Shown here piece after piece: positions 24,753-38,245 of a stretch of 64,000 bases of DNA; position 1 is the stretch's first letter, and every line of letters begins with the position of its first letter. Below the pieces are notes generated by a model, which was given only the letters and a program-made list of their open reading frames with translations, did no database searches and was not told where the DNA came from. This DNA is from Mobula hypostoma (lineage: Eukaryota), in the NCBI RefSeq assembly GCF_963921235.1, contig NC_086101.1:11844001-11908000 (forward strand), given 5' to 3'. Position numbers and translations under genes: made by a program.

Positions 24753-25170
24753 ATCTTCACTGAAGGAGGCCGCAGTATTCTTACTTATTGTTGTTGTTCT
24801 TTTTTGCTCCTTGTGGGACACTGGGCTGCATTGTCTTGTTGTTTCCTCAGCATTTTGCCTGTTTTTTACGAGGCTGATTTGCAAGCTCGACCCCCAGCCC
24901 AGCACGGTTGGAAAGACGGTGGGGGGCGGGGAAGGATTCGAACCCGGGACCATTTTCACCTGGAAGTCCAGTGCTACACCACCTTGTAGAGCCCCATATT
25001 TCATCAAAGTGTGAAAATCAACCAACTCCTGTTGCTAAAGTAACAAACCAAGTAAAGAATAGAAACTGTTAATCCATTTCTTCCAATTCATGGTATGCCA
25101 TTGAACAGCCCGTTGCATACAGTCAGCATTAATCTTTCAAACCTGTCTACTTGTTCCCAGATGTATAAGA

Positions 25171-25700
25171 TACACTCAGTGGCCACTTTTTTGGTACCTT
25201 CTGTACCCAGTAAAGTGGCCGCTGAGTGTAATTCTGTTTGTCTGTGGTCTTCAACTGCTGTAACCCATCCAGTTCAAGGTTTGACATGTTGTGCATTCGG
25301 AGACGCTCTTCTGCAAACTAAACTCTTCTATTGTAACGTGTGGTTACCAGAGTTACTGTTGTGTTCCTGTCAGCTCGAACCAGTCTGACCATTCTATTCT
25401 CTGACCTCTCTCATTAACAAGGCATTTTGCCCACAGAATTGCCAGTCACTAGATTTTTTTCTTTGCTTTTCACACCATTCTCTGTAAACTCTAGGCTACT
25501 GCGCATTAAAATCCTTGGAGATCAGCAGTTTCTGAGGTACGCAAACCACATCATCTGACACCAATTCCACAATTCAAGAACACTTAGATCACATTTCCTC
25601 CCCATTCTGATGTTTGGTCTCAACTTCTTGACCATATCTGCATGCTTTTATGCATTGAGTTGCTGCCACATGATTGGCGATTAAATATTTGCATTTCAAT
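25171..25700 (-). mobile_element. Tc1-like non-autonomous element, third copy
   Basis: tacactcagtggccactt TIR; body colinear with 10542-11168. Confidence 0.8.
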
Positions 25701-26151
25701 GTATGTTTCAAGTTCAAGTTTATTGTCATTCAACCATACAAATGTATACAGCTAAACGAAACATTGTTCCTCTGGGGCCACAGTGCAAAGCACAGTGTAT
25801 ATAGTCACACACAGCAGATATAGTTACAATCCAGCGCATACAGTCTCAAAATAACATTAGCATAGGCCCCTGAGTCACCTAACCTGTAGATTGACAGCTT
25901 GACCTACAGTGTGGGGTATATGTTCTAAGTTCAAAGTAATATTTATTATCAAAGTACATACCTGACACCATATACAACCCTGAGATTCATTGTCTTACAG
26001 GCATTCACAGTAAATATAAAGAAACACTATAGCTTCAATGAAAAACCAAACACAGTGAAGACAGACAAACAACCAATGTGCAGAAGAAAGCAAACTGTGC
26101 AATTACAAAATGAGAGGAAAAAACAAAATAATAATAAATAAATGAGCAATA

Positions 26152-26474
26152 AATTAGATTATTAGATTAGATTATGAGGACACGCAGTCCTCTTTTATTG
26201 TCGTTTAGTAACGCATGCATTAAGAAATGATACAATGTTTCTCCAGAATGTATCACAGAAACACAGGACAAACTGACAGAAAAACTGACAAAAACCACAT
26301 AATTATAACAGATAGTTACAACAGTGCAAAGCAGTACCGTAATTTGATAATGAACAGACCATGGGCACGATAAAAAGTCTCAGTCTCTCGAAAGTCCCAT
26401 CTTCTCATGCAGACGGTGAACCTCCAGCGCCACAAACTTGCCGATGCAGCATCCCGGAAGCACCCAACCACAGT
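26152..26474 (-). mobile_element. 5'-truncated non-autonomous retroposon; longer copy at about 56385-59245
   Basis: TSD agcaata (26145-26151, 26475-26481); (attag)n tail; highly similar to 56385-56740. Confidence 0.7.
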
Positions 26475-29400
26475 AGCAATATCAATGATGTGAGTTGTAG
26501 AGACCTTGAAAGCAGACCCACAGGTTCAGTTCTGGGGTGAGTACGGTTGGGTGGTGTTTCCCTTTGGTTGAAGAGCCAGCTGGCTGTGGAATAATAACTG
26601 GTCCTGAACCTGGTTGTGTGAGGCCTGAGGCTTCTGTGTGTCCTTCCTGATGGCAGCAGCGAGAAGAGAGCATGGCCTGGATGGAGGGGGTCCTTGATGA
26701 TGCAATTGTGCTTAATGGTGGGGAGAGCTTTCCAGGGATGGTCTTAATGATCTGTATACACTAGTTTTTGTAGGCTTGTCCATTCAAGGGCACTGGCCTT
26801 TCCATATCAGGTCGTAATGCATCCAGTTACGATACTCTCCATTGCACCTCTATAGAAGTTCGTCAAAGTTTTAGATGACACGTCAAATCTTCACAAACTT
26901 CTAAGAAAGTAGAGACGCTGCCGTGCTTTCTTTGTAACGTCTCTCCTGTGCTTGGATGCAGGACAAATCCTCTGAAACTATAACACTGACGAATTTAGCG
27001 TTGCTCACCCTCTCCATCTCTGATGCCCTGACGAAAACTGGCTCATAGAACTCAAGATTCCTCCTTCTCTAGTCAATAATCAGCTCTTTGGTTTTGTTGA
27101 CATTGAGTGAGAGGTTGTTGATGTACCACAACTCGGATAGATTTTCATTCTCCCTGCTTTATGCTGCTCCTTTGCCAACAACAGTCAGTGGTGTCATCAG
27201 CAAATAGAAATGGACCAGCCTAAAGTGAGGCACTCACAGTATAAGGCGAGAAGAGCAGGTGGTTAAACACACAGCCTTGTGCTGCATCTGTGCTGATGGC
27301 GATTGTGAAGGAGATATTTCAATGTAAATGTGATAAATAGATGTATTTAAATCTATCTCTCATCCACAGCCTCCTTAATTCATGGAGTTTTAATCTTGTC
27401 AATAAATCAAAGGGCAAAAATAGAAGCTGATAAGCACAGCCAGGATTTGACAGAGCAAAAGAGTTCAAGATCAGGGCAGGCAGTCAGGAGGAAATAACAT
27501 AATGAGCAAACGTACAAGAATGTCAAACATCTACGCTCAGTCTTGTCTTAATTATTATAAATAATATCATGTGGGAGCCTCGAGTCATTTTTTCCAACCA
27601 GTGAGTTCTAAGCAGTGGCTTCTTCCCAGAAAGGAATGCCAAAGGTAATAAGTCACACCTTTGTTGATTAAAACCAAGGCAAGCGAATCAAACAAGGTTT
27701 ACATTTATTGCTGAGACAGTGCCAGAGGAGGAAAAGCCTCAAGACGTTTCCTTCACGTTCAAAAGTCTAATTATCTGTTTGTCTTTGTGGACATTTTTGA
27801 ACATGGGACATAGGGTACAGCACAGGAACAGGCCCTCAGGGCCTACAATATTGTGCCAAGTTAACTTATGCTAATTACACTAACCCCTTCTGTTTTATCA
27901 ATGTGCATATCCATACCTTTTCTGCTTATACATGTTCCTGTAAATGCCTCTGTCGTGTTTGAATCCACCACCACCCCGGCAGCAAATTCCAGGCACCCGA
28001 TTCTGTGTAAAAAAAAAACTTGACTTGTTCCTCTCCTTTGAATTTTGCCCCCCCCCCCCACTAGTATTAGGCATTTTGATCACGTGGAAAAAGATGCAAA
28101 TAACTGCGTCTCATAATTGTATAAACTTGTGTCAGGTCTCCCCTCATCCTCCAATGCTCCTGAGAAAACATCCCAAGCGTGTTCAACCTCTCCTTCGTTG
28201 GATCAGGGTGTAGAATTGTTTTGCTTGTATTTTTCTTGAAGGTGAGCATCCTAGGCTTGCTTTTATTTTTATATAATCACCTATCTACATGTAATTATTC
28301 AGTGAAATTTCCAGTAATTGCAGTACAGATACTTCTGTATTTTTCTGGGAAGTTTTTCTTCTGCAGCAGGTATCTATTTTATAGGTTAGCCGGCCGGTGG
28401 TGTAGTGGCATCAGCACTGGACTTTGAGGTGAGCGGTCCCGGGTTCAAATCCAGCTGGATCCTTGCATGTTTTCCATCCGTGCTGCATTGAGCGTCAAGC
28501 CAAGAACTCAGCCTCGCAAAAAAACAGACAAATGCTAAAGGAACGGGAAAGTTACCGCCCGATGTGCCACAAAGCATGGAGAGGAACAACAATATCATAG
28601 GGTCATCGTTATCACTGGGAGGTTGCCATCTTTTCAGTTAAAGTTAGTTTTTGTATGAGACAACCACTACTTCTATGTTCTCTTCCCTGCTTTCTGTGTT
28701 CGTTCTTCGTTCTTGTAACACATAATCAAATGGCTGTAGGCAGCAGGTTTATGACTCATTTTTGACTTCCCAACCTCTGGATTTTAAAAATCACCGAGAT
28801 CTAATACCTTATAACACCTGCTCTCTAATCCAGGCAGCATCCTGTAAGCCTCTTCAGCACCCTCACTTTTGCTTTTCAAACTGCATCATGTTTTTTGAAA
28901 ATATTTTTTGGTATATATTGCTCATCATTAAATGCCTTGATCTGATAGACTATCAAGCCTACCAGGCCAGGCTGGGATAAAGGCTTTCTCCACTAAAGGA
29001 TGTCAGTAAATCAGATGAGATTTTACAAAATCCCACTGTCTTATGGCCATCACTATCAGTGACTAGGTTTACAGTATTTTATAATTCCTATAGTTAACTC
29101 AATTGAAATCCCAATATTGCCATGGCAGGATCTGAACCCTAGGTCTTTGATTCACAGCTGGACAATTAGGAGCAGGAGTAGGCCACTCGACCCTTGAGGT
29201 TTGTTCCGTCAACTAATAAGTCCACGGGTGATCTGACTGTAAAGCTAGTTCCATGTCCCTTCCCACCCACTGAAACCTTTCACCCTTCCCTTATCAAGAG
29301 TGTATCTACCCCTGCTGTATGGATACTTGCTTACTGCCTGTTACGCCACCTGCATTTAGGGCAGCAATGAAGGTCCTCTATCTCTGTCTGTCCTTGGCCA

Positions 29401-29605
29401 TCTTCTCAATCGTAACACAACTGACAGTGATGGACCCAACCTGGGGTGATGCACTCTTGTGTTGTTTGAGGGGCTTCCCCTTCGATTCATCTGCAGAACT
29501 TTATTTTTAACTTTAAAGATAAACTTTATCTAGCATGTCAGGGAAACCAGCCTCCCCACCATTGACTCAGTCTGGACGTCTCGCTGCCTCAGTATAACAG
29601 CCTGC

Positions 29606-29872
29606 CAGATGAGGCAACACTTCACCTGTGAGCCTGTTGGGGTCACTTACTGTACCTGGTGCTCCCGGTGTGGCCTCCTGTATATCGGTGAGATGTATAT
29701 CGGTATAGATTGAGAGACCGCTTCACTGAGCACCTATGCTCCATCCATCCGCCAGAAAAATCGGGATGGACCCATTTCAATTCCACTTCTCACTCCCATC
29801 CCGACATGTCGGTCCATGGCTTCCTCTACCGTCGCGATAAGGCCACACTCAGGGTTGGAGGAGCAGCACCTT
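29606..29872 (+). mobile_element. Penelope-like GIY-YIG endonuclease remnant
   Basis: Translates QMRQHFTCEPVGVTYCTWCSRCGLLYIGE...RDRFTEHL...HFNSTSHS, the PLE GIY-YIG pattern (FTC...VIYC..C..C...YIGE...RF.EH). Confidence 0.8.
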
Positions 29873-29929
29873 ATCAAAAGCTCAAAGTAAAATTTATTAT
29901 CAGAGTACATATTTGTCACCACTTACAGC

Positions 29930-30720
29930 CACAAGACCATAAGATACAAGCGCAGAATTAGGTCATTTGGCTTATCCAGTCTGCTCCGCTATTTCATCAT
30001 GGCTGATCCAATTTTCCCCTCGGCCCCAATCTCCTGCCTTCTCCCTGTATCCCTGCACGCCCTGACCAATCAAGAATCTATCAAACTCTGACTTAAATGT
30101 ACATAAAGACTTGGCCTCCACAGCTGCCTGTGGCAAAGAATTCCACAGATTCACCACTCTCTGGCTAAAGAAATTCCTCCACATCTCCCCTCTAAAAGGA
30201 CGTCCCTCTATTCTGAGTCTGTGTCCTCTGGTGTTAGACATAGGAAACATCCTCTCCACATCCACTCTATCAAAGCCTTTCACCATTCGATAGGTTTCCG
30301 TTAGGTCACCCCTCATTCTTCTGAATTCCAGTGAATACAGGCCCAGAGCCATCAAACACACTTCAAATGACACGCCATTCAATCCTGGAATCATTTTCGT
30401 GAACCTCCTTTGAACCCTCTCCAGCTTCAACACATCCTTTCTAAGATAAGGGGCCCAAAACTGCTCACAGAACTCCAAATGAGGTCTCACCAGTGCTTTA
30501 TAGAGTCTGGACATTACTTCCTTGCTGTTCTATTCTAGACCTCTTGAAAAGAAAGCTAACATTGTATTTGCCTTCCTCACCACAGATTCAACCTGCAAAT
30601 TAACCTTTAGGGAATCCTACAGAAAGACTCCCAAGTTCCTTTGCACTTTAGTTTTTTTGTATTTTCTCTCCATTTAGTAAATAGTAAACCCTTTAATTTC
30701 TTCTACCAAAGTGCATGACC
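29930..30720 (-). mobile_element. CR1 3' fragment
   Basis: ORF 29972..30514 LYKALVRPHLEFCEQFWAP...FFSQRVVNLWNSLP. Confidence 0.9.
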
Positions 30721-30879
30721 AGAATCAGAATCAGAATCAGGTTCATTATCACCAGCGTGTGACATGAAATTTGTTAACTTAGCAGCAGCAGTTCGATGCA
30801 ATACATAGTATAGAAGAGGAAAAAAAAAGAAATAATAAATAAATAAGTGTACGTATATTGAATAGATTTTAAAATGTGC

Positions 30880-31640
30880 AAGAAACAGCCTGGGAACAGC
30901 CTGTGGATCAGAGAGTCCTGGGGATGAACCAGCACATGGATCCCTAGCATCCATTTCCACACCTTCCTCACAAAACCACAGTCCGAAAAGAGCTGGGTAA
31001 CCGTCCGCTGCCAGCCCAGGGGCAGTATACATTGGAGGTTAGATGTTGTCTGTACAGGACAGTTCTGACTGGTATGGCACCGGTCACCACCAGCCAAGCG
31101 AGGTCTTGGTGCTTGTTGGTGCGATCTGGTGATAAGGCATTCTGCCAGATGGTCTGGACAGAATACTCAGGGAACCACCCCACTGAGTGCATTGAATCCT
31201 TCTCCCACAGTGTCTGCAGGATATTCCATGCTGCCCATTGTCTGATGGACTTGTGGTCAAAGGTATTGGTCCACTGACTGGGACGTGGCACAGTAATGGG
31301 ACCAGACCCATCCTTCGCAACATCAGGGCCAATTAGGACCTCAACATACTGTGACATTTGGTGCCTGGGGTCCACACACCACCTGCTGCAGCCACACATG
31401 AAGGCGGTCATCTGGGTGAGGACAATGCTGAGTACACTTTTACTCCCATTCTCAGGGGATTTGGAGATCGTGACCCATCTAATTTGCTCCATCTTAGATC
31501 CCTAGATAAACCTAAGGACATCTGGGGTGATTTCAAAGCAGGGCATGGGCCACACCTGCACCAAGGTCCGGCAGCCCTGAGAGCATCTCGCACCTGATCA
31601 CTAGGTTCTTCCCAGGTATTGACAGGGAGGACTGTTTCTA
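30880..31640 (-). mobile_element. Tx1-like LINE ORF2 C-terminal remnant; related scraps at about 40590-40970
   Basis: WQNALSPDRTNKHQDLAWLVVTGAIPVR...YCP, typical of the Tx1/L1-clade zf-RVT region. Confidence 0.7.
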
Positions 31641-33199
31641 CAGGCCCAATTCTCAATCTGCTCCCACCATGTTTTTATTGCACAATTCAGCTCTTCCAAA
31701 CCAGATCCCCAGATCATCTGCAGATCCACTCTGCCAACATCATTCATAATGTGGATGGAAAGAGGCCTTTGGGCCCATCATGTCCATTCTGACCATCTAC
31801 CTTCCATATTGCAATGATTCTACGTTAATCCTATTTTATTCTCCCACCTCCTTATCAATCTTCCACCATACCCCCAGATTTTATCACTTCCTACACAGTA
31901 TAGAGACCAGTTACACCACCAATCTGCACGGCTTTGGGGTCTCGGAGGATACCTGAGCACCTGCAGGAGATCCACATGGTCACGGGGAGAACTTGCAAAC
32001 TCCACACAGACAGCTAGGTCCCCAGCCACATAGTAACTGAAATACTCCCATGTGCATAGTCTTGGTTGACATGCAGCTGGGATTTTCTTTTATATAATGT
32101 TAATATATCTTTGAAATTATTTTAATGTTATTTTAAAATCTATGTTAATATAATTGTGAAATATGTTCCTATTAATTGTTAATGAATATAATCAATACAT
32201 TTTTAAAATAATAAATATACCACAACATTTATTTTGAAACCTTTTAGAGCTTGTATGTATTTATATTGTCAGTGTTTCAAGTTACAACACTGTTATAAAT
32301 TGTAACAATAAACACAGAATGGAAGTCATTAGTTCATTGTTAATAAACTACTGGTCCACTGAACACCAACACTATCTAAGTTTAAAAGTTTACAAAACTT
32401 GAAAGACTTTCTTAGTTGTACTGTATTTCATTGTACCCTTCAATTAATAAATAAAATCAGAAGTATTGCGATTTTACAATTTTCATTCTAGGTATTCATA
32501 GTATGTATATTACAAAAGAAAATATTTAACATGCCACCCAATTTTCAGACCATGTAAAAATCTCCTACTCAGAGCAATAGTTGGTCCACGCAGCTGTAAA
32601 AAAGTTTGAGAGAAATTTGCCAACAGCATTCAGGGTCAGAATCAAACCTAGAGTGGCTGGTGCAGTGAGGCTGTGACTGTCGTTTTAAAGCAATCAAGCC
32701 TGATATTGTTAGGCATGTCCAAATCTGATTAATTCAATTTATTCTACACAGGGAGTGGAGATCGTCCCCTGTAATATCCATCATTTACTGGAAGACAGTG
32801 CAGAATCTGGACTCCTATGTCAACTGGCATTAGTTGTTGGGTTGGCAGAGCTTGTTGGAATAACTCACCACAGGCATGTCTCCAATGGCTGTGTTATCTC
32901 CTTTTGGGACTGGTTTGAGCTGATGAAACATTTTCAAGGCTCATCCAAGTATTATTTTACACCCAAACTAATGTCAGTCACACCCCTCCCTACCGTCTTT
33001 CGATTTTTATGTTGCTTTGTTGATTTTTAAAGAATAGCCTTATTCGTCACATGTATCAGGGAGCATAAGTAGAGGAGAGTACAGGGGGTATGTCCGAGGT
33101 ACAGAATGCTTTTTACACAGAGGGTGGTGAGAGCGTGGAATGTCCTGCTAGGGGTGGTGATAGAGGCAGATACATAAGGGGCATTTAAGAAACTATAAG

Positions 33200-34130
33200 A
33201 CCAAAACACAAAGGAGCAGAATTAGATCATTCAGCCCATCATAACTAAGTTACTATCTCTATCAACCCCCATTCTCCGCCCTTCTTCCTGTGACCCTTGA
33301 CATCCTGACTAATCAAGAACCAATAAACTTCCACCTTAAATATACTTAATGAATTGGCCTCCACCGCAATCCATGGCAATGAATTCTACAGATTTACCTC
33401 GCTCTTACTATAAAAAAAAATTCCTTCTCATCTCTGTTCTAAATGGACGTCCTTCTATTCTGAGGCTGTGCCCTCTAGTCCTGGACTCAGCCACTATATC
33501 ATCCTCTCCATGTCCACTCCATCCAGACTTTTCAATATTCAATAAGCTCCAGCGAGTGCAGACCCAGAGCCATAAAATGCTCCTCATTTTCATTCCCAGA
33601 ATAATTCTCATGAACCTCCTCTCCAATGCCAGAAGATATTTTCAGGTAAGGGGCCAAAAACTGCTCACAATACTCCAACTGTAGTTTGACCAATGTCTTA
33701 TAAAGCCTCTGTATTACATCCTTGTTCTTATATTCTAGTAATCTCAAAATGAATGCTAACCACATTTGCCTTCCTTACCACAGACTCAACCTGCAAGTTA
33801 ATTTTTAGGGAATCCTGCACAAGAACTCCTAAGTCCCTTTGCATCTCTGATTTTTAAATATTCTCCCCATTTAGAAAATAGTCAACACCTTCTACGAAAG
33901 TGCATGACCATATACTGCCCTACATTATACTCCACCTGCCACTTCTTTGTCCATTCTCCCAATATCTGAGTACTTCCACAGACTCCCTGCTTCCTTAATA
34001 CTACTTGCCCCTCTACCTATCTTTGCAAACTTGGCCACCACAAAGCCATCAATTCTGTCATCCAAAACATTAACTTAGAATGTGATAAGAAGCGATCCCA
34101 ACACCAACCCCTGCAGAACACCACTAGTCA
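33200..34130 (-). mobile_element. Degenerate CR1 fragment
   Basis: ESRTRGHSLRIEGRPFRTEMRRNFF; LYKTLVKLQLEYCEQF. Confidence 0.85.
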
Positions 34131-36215
34131 TCAGAATCGACCCAATCGGTTCCCACAGAACGCTGGAGGAACTCAGCAGGCCAGGCAGCATCTATGGAAA
34201 TGAGCCAACAGTCGATGTTTTGGGCCGGGACCCTTCATCAAGCTGAAATGTCAACTGTTTACTCTTTTCCATAGATGCTGCCTGGCCTGTTAAGATCCTC
34301 TAGTATTTCGTATGTGTTGCTTGGATTTCCCAGCATCTGCAGATTTTCTTTTGTTTCCCATTTACTCCCTCTCTTTTATTTCTACCATTCAGCAAATGTT
34401 CTATCCATGCTAGTGTCTTTCCTGTGGTATCAATGGCTCTTATCCTGTTGAGCAGCCTTGTGTGACAGCTTGTCAATTTCTGAAAATCGTTAAGTGCAAT
34501 TATCAAGAAAGCACGGCGGGGTCACTGCTTTGTTAGGAGATTGTGAAGATTCAGCATGGCATCTAAAACTTTGATAAACTTCTGAGGATTTGTGGTGGAG
34601 ACTATATTGACATGTTGCTTCACGGCCTGATACAAATCACGGGTAACACCCTCCCCACCATTGAGCAGAACGCTGGCACAGGACAGCAGCATCCATCATC
34701 AAGTACCCCACCACCCAGGCCAGGCTCTCATCTCACTGCTGCCATCAGAAAGAAGGTACAGGAGCCTCAGAACCTTCAGCACCAGCTTCAGGAACATTTA
34801 TTACCCCCCAGACATCAGGCTCTTGAACCAGAGAGAATAACGTACAGGTGACCCAGGTTCAATTCCCACCACTGCCTGTAAGGAGTTTGTACGTTCTCCC
34901 TGTGACCGCGTGCGTTTCCTCCGGTTTTCTCCCACAGTCCACTGTAAATTGTAATAGGTCATTGTAAATTGTCCCGTGATTAGACGGATTAAATTGGGGG
35001 ATTTCTGGGGGGCGTGGCTCAAAGGGCCGGAAGGGCCTATTCCACGCTGTATCTCAATAGATAAATAAATAAACTCTATTCAACTTCACTTGTCCCATCA
35101 CTGAACTGTTCCCACAAACTAGTGACACTCTTTCAAGGTCTCCTCATCTCATGTTCTCGATAATTATTGTACATTTGTTTTATTATTATTATTATTATTT
35201 CTATTTTTTCCTCTTTTTGTATTTCTAGAGTTTGGTGTTTGTTTTTTTTACATCGGCTGTTGTCCATTCCTTTGGGTGTAGTCTTTCATTGATCCTATTG
35301 TGTTTCTTGATTTCCTACCAGAAAATGAATCTCAGGGTTGTGTATGGTCTCATATATGTACTTTGATAATAAATTTACTTTGAACTGCGAACTTTGAATT
35401 CCAACTTTCCCAGAGGGCCAGACCTCCGGACCTCCGATCTTGTTTGTTACATGTAGCTATATATTTCTGCCGACAGGTGGTGCTGTTGTTCCATGTCATT
35501 TCAACGACAAATCCAAACTGCTGTCTGCAAGTTGCGCTCAACTTTTCTCAATCATTCTCTTTACAACGGATCTCAAAATCGAGCTTCCTTTTGGTGCAGG
35601 GTTAGTCAATACTAATGGAAAAGTGTTCACCCCGAGTCACCTGTACCTTCCTGGAAGTTTAAGGAGACTCAGCACATCATCGAAGGCTCTGACAAACTCC
35701 TACAAATGTACAATCTAACTGGTCCTATCACAGTCTGGAGTGGAGGCTGCAGTCCTCAGGATCACAAGAAGCTGCAGAGAGCGGTGGCCCCAGCCGGCTC
35801 CGTCAGGGGTACAGCTCACCAACACGGGGGACATCTACAAGAACACGCCTCAGGGCAGGGCATCTGGAAAGTGCTACAGAGCTACTAAAATGAAAACTTC
35901 ATGCCATCTTAAACAATTCTTTGCCCAGCAATTAATCTGATCAACCATTCTAGTTAGCTCCCTACTCCCCTCTATCTTTTACCCATCACTGTACTGCACT
36001 TTTTATAATGCTGTTTACATTGTAAATACTTACCGGTATTTATATATTTGTGCACTTTTTATTCCATATCCTTCCTTTAACTTTAAACTTGGTTAACTTT
36101 ATTATTTTATAGAAATCGTTTTTATATACAATTCTTTGTTCTTTATAATTGTTTAATGTTTTTGTTTTCTGTTGCATTTCACACCTAAAACACCACAGCA
36201 AATTCCTTGCACATG

Positions 36216-36904
36216 TGTAGCCCCCTGGCCAGCCTCAGGGTCGCTCGGCTCGCTGTCGTCTAGGGAAACAGCCCTCGGCCCCGCCGAACTGGGTAATTAG
36301 TTTGTGTGGATGCTGTGTGATGTACCCCACCCCGCCCAAATAACAGACAATACACTAGATACAATTAAATGATTTACAATTTATAGATATTACTGGAACT
36401 ATATATTTAATAGAGAATAAAATATAAAAGGAAAATAAAAGGCACCACACTTATCAAAGTTCAATCTCTTCGTGCACAAACAGACGGAGCTCAGGACCCT
36501 TCTTCTTCACCCTGCGGCCCCTCGGACCACCTCGACCGGCCGCCTGGGACCAACAACGGTGGTCGACCAGACGCTCCACACAAGTACGTCTCTGTCTCCT
36601 CGCCGAACACCCTCCGCGGGGTCCGACCCCTTTAGCGGACATCACAGCACCTGGTCCGTCCTCTGTCTCTCTCTCCCGCCTTCTGCCCCAAAACCCCACG
36701 CATACAGTATCTTCAAATACACAAAAACGTAACAACTATCCCAATTGGTTCATAACATCTTCTTATCAGTAATGTGATTCAACAAAGTGCTAGTGGGAGG
36801 ACTTTCTCAGCATTTAACATAACGAAGCATTCCCAAGTATAACATAACAAAGAAGCCATTTTAATCAACCTACGCAGTAACATAAGAGACGAAACCCCCT
36901 TACA
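36216..36904. mobile_element. Solo LTR (689 bp), Gypsy-like
   Basis: TGTA...TACA termini (tgtagccccc / cccccttaca); 4-bp TSD CATG (36212-36215, 36905-36908); the host repeat resumes across the insertion. Confidence 0.85.
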
Positions 36905-37767
36905 CATGTAAATGTATATGGTGAATAAAGTTGCTCTTTGATCCATCATCAGAGACCCCTCACCCCACCCCAATGATCCAGCCATGTCCTCTTCTCAATT
37001 GTCACCAGAGAGCAGATACAAGAGCCCAAAGACCCACAACTCAAGGTTCAGCAACAGCTTCTTCCCCACCGCCATCAACTTCCTCAACCAACACTATCTC
37101 AGACCACATTTTTCTCTCTCTCAGTCTTGCACAAGGGTACTTGTGTTTACTTTTTCGCACACATGTATCTCATGTATAATTTCTGTTAAGTTTATATAAA
37201 CTTGTGTTTGCCCTTGTCTTGTAATGTACTGTGACGCTGCTGCAGAAAGCCAACTTTTCGTAGTATTTACACCCTGCGTGTGTATGCCTATGATAACACT
37301 GAACTTGAACTTGTAGTGAAGCTGCGGAACACAGTCAACCCTGCATTCTTGAAATTGTTTAGGCAATATAACCTTTATTCATAATAAAAAAAATATTTAC
37401 AAGAGTGAACTGTTCAAAGCCTTTTCACCTTTATGTTCGTAGCCAACATGTTTAGTGTTAAATTGCATTGTATAAAACCAAACTCATGATCTCAGTATTG
37501 TTTATTTAGTTAAACACTCAGCGTGGGGAACAGGCCCTTCCCGCCCGACGAGCTGCACCACCCAGCAAACCACCTACCCAACCCCGGCCTGATCACAGAA
37601 CAATTTACAATGACCTAGCAAACTACTAACCAGTACAATTGTGGGAGGAAATGGGAGCACTCGAAGGAAACCCATGTGCTTACAGGAAGGATGTACAAAC
37701 TTCTTATCAACACACTGTAATTGAACTCCGAAGTCTGACGCACCACGTTGCAATAGCGTCACGCTTA

Positions 37768-38245
37768 TCGCTGATTTATACTTGTGCGTCAAATGTACGC
37801 CGAAGGTATCGCGTACCCTACGCTGCACCCTACGCCGTAGGGTGACGCGCACCTCCCCAAAAATGTAACCCGCGCGTCGTGACGACGCAGACCACAGCAA
37901 CTGTGATTGGTCCACTGGTACCATCACATTTCCTCATACGCATTTCCCGTTGCTTTTCTCTGCCATGTCTGTACACTGATGTGAAATAAATGGTTGGAGA
38001 CGATGAACCAAATCGTCAAATCTACCTGCCGACATCCGAAAATATTTGAAGTGTATTTCCTCGCCCATGTCTCTCACGAAGAAACTCAACACAGTGGCAT
38101 AGGAACCCCACCGCCAACTAGCGTTTTGGCAGTGAACTGCAGAGCGACTCAGACACAACCACGCATGCTCGCTACGGAGTAGGGCTACACAAAAGTATAA
38201 ATCAAGCCTACGGCGTTGCCCGTACGCACAAGTATAAATCAGCCT
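37768..38245 (-). mobile_element. PIF/Harbinger deletion derivative
   Basis: Perfect 20-bp TIR gctgatttatacttgtgcgt (37770-37789) / acgcacaagtataaatcagc (38224-38243); TTA TSD; transposase remnant [31 protein letters not shown]. Confidence 0.88.
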
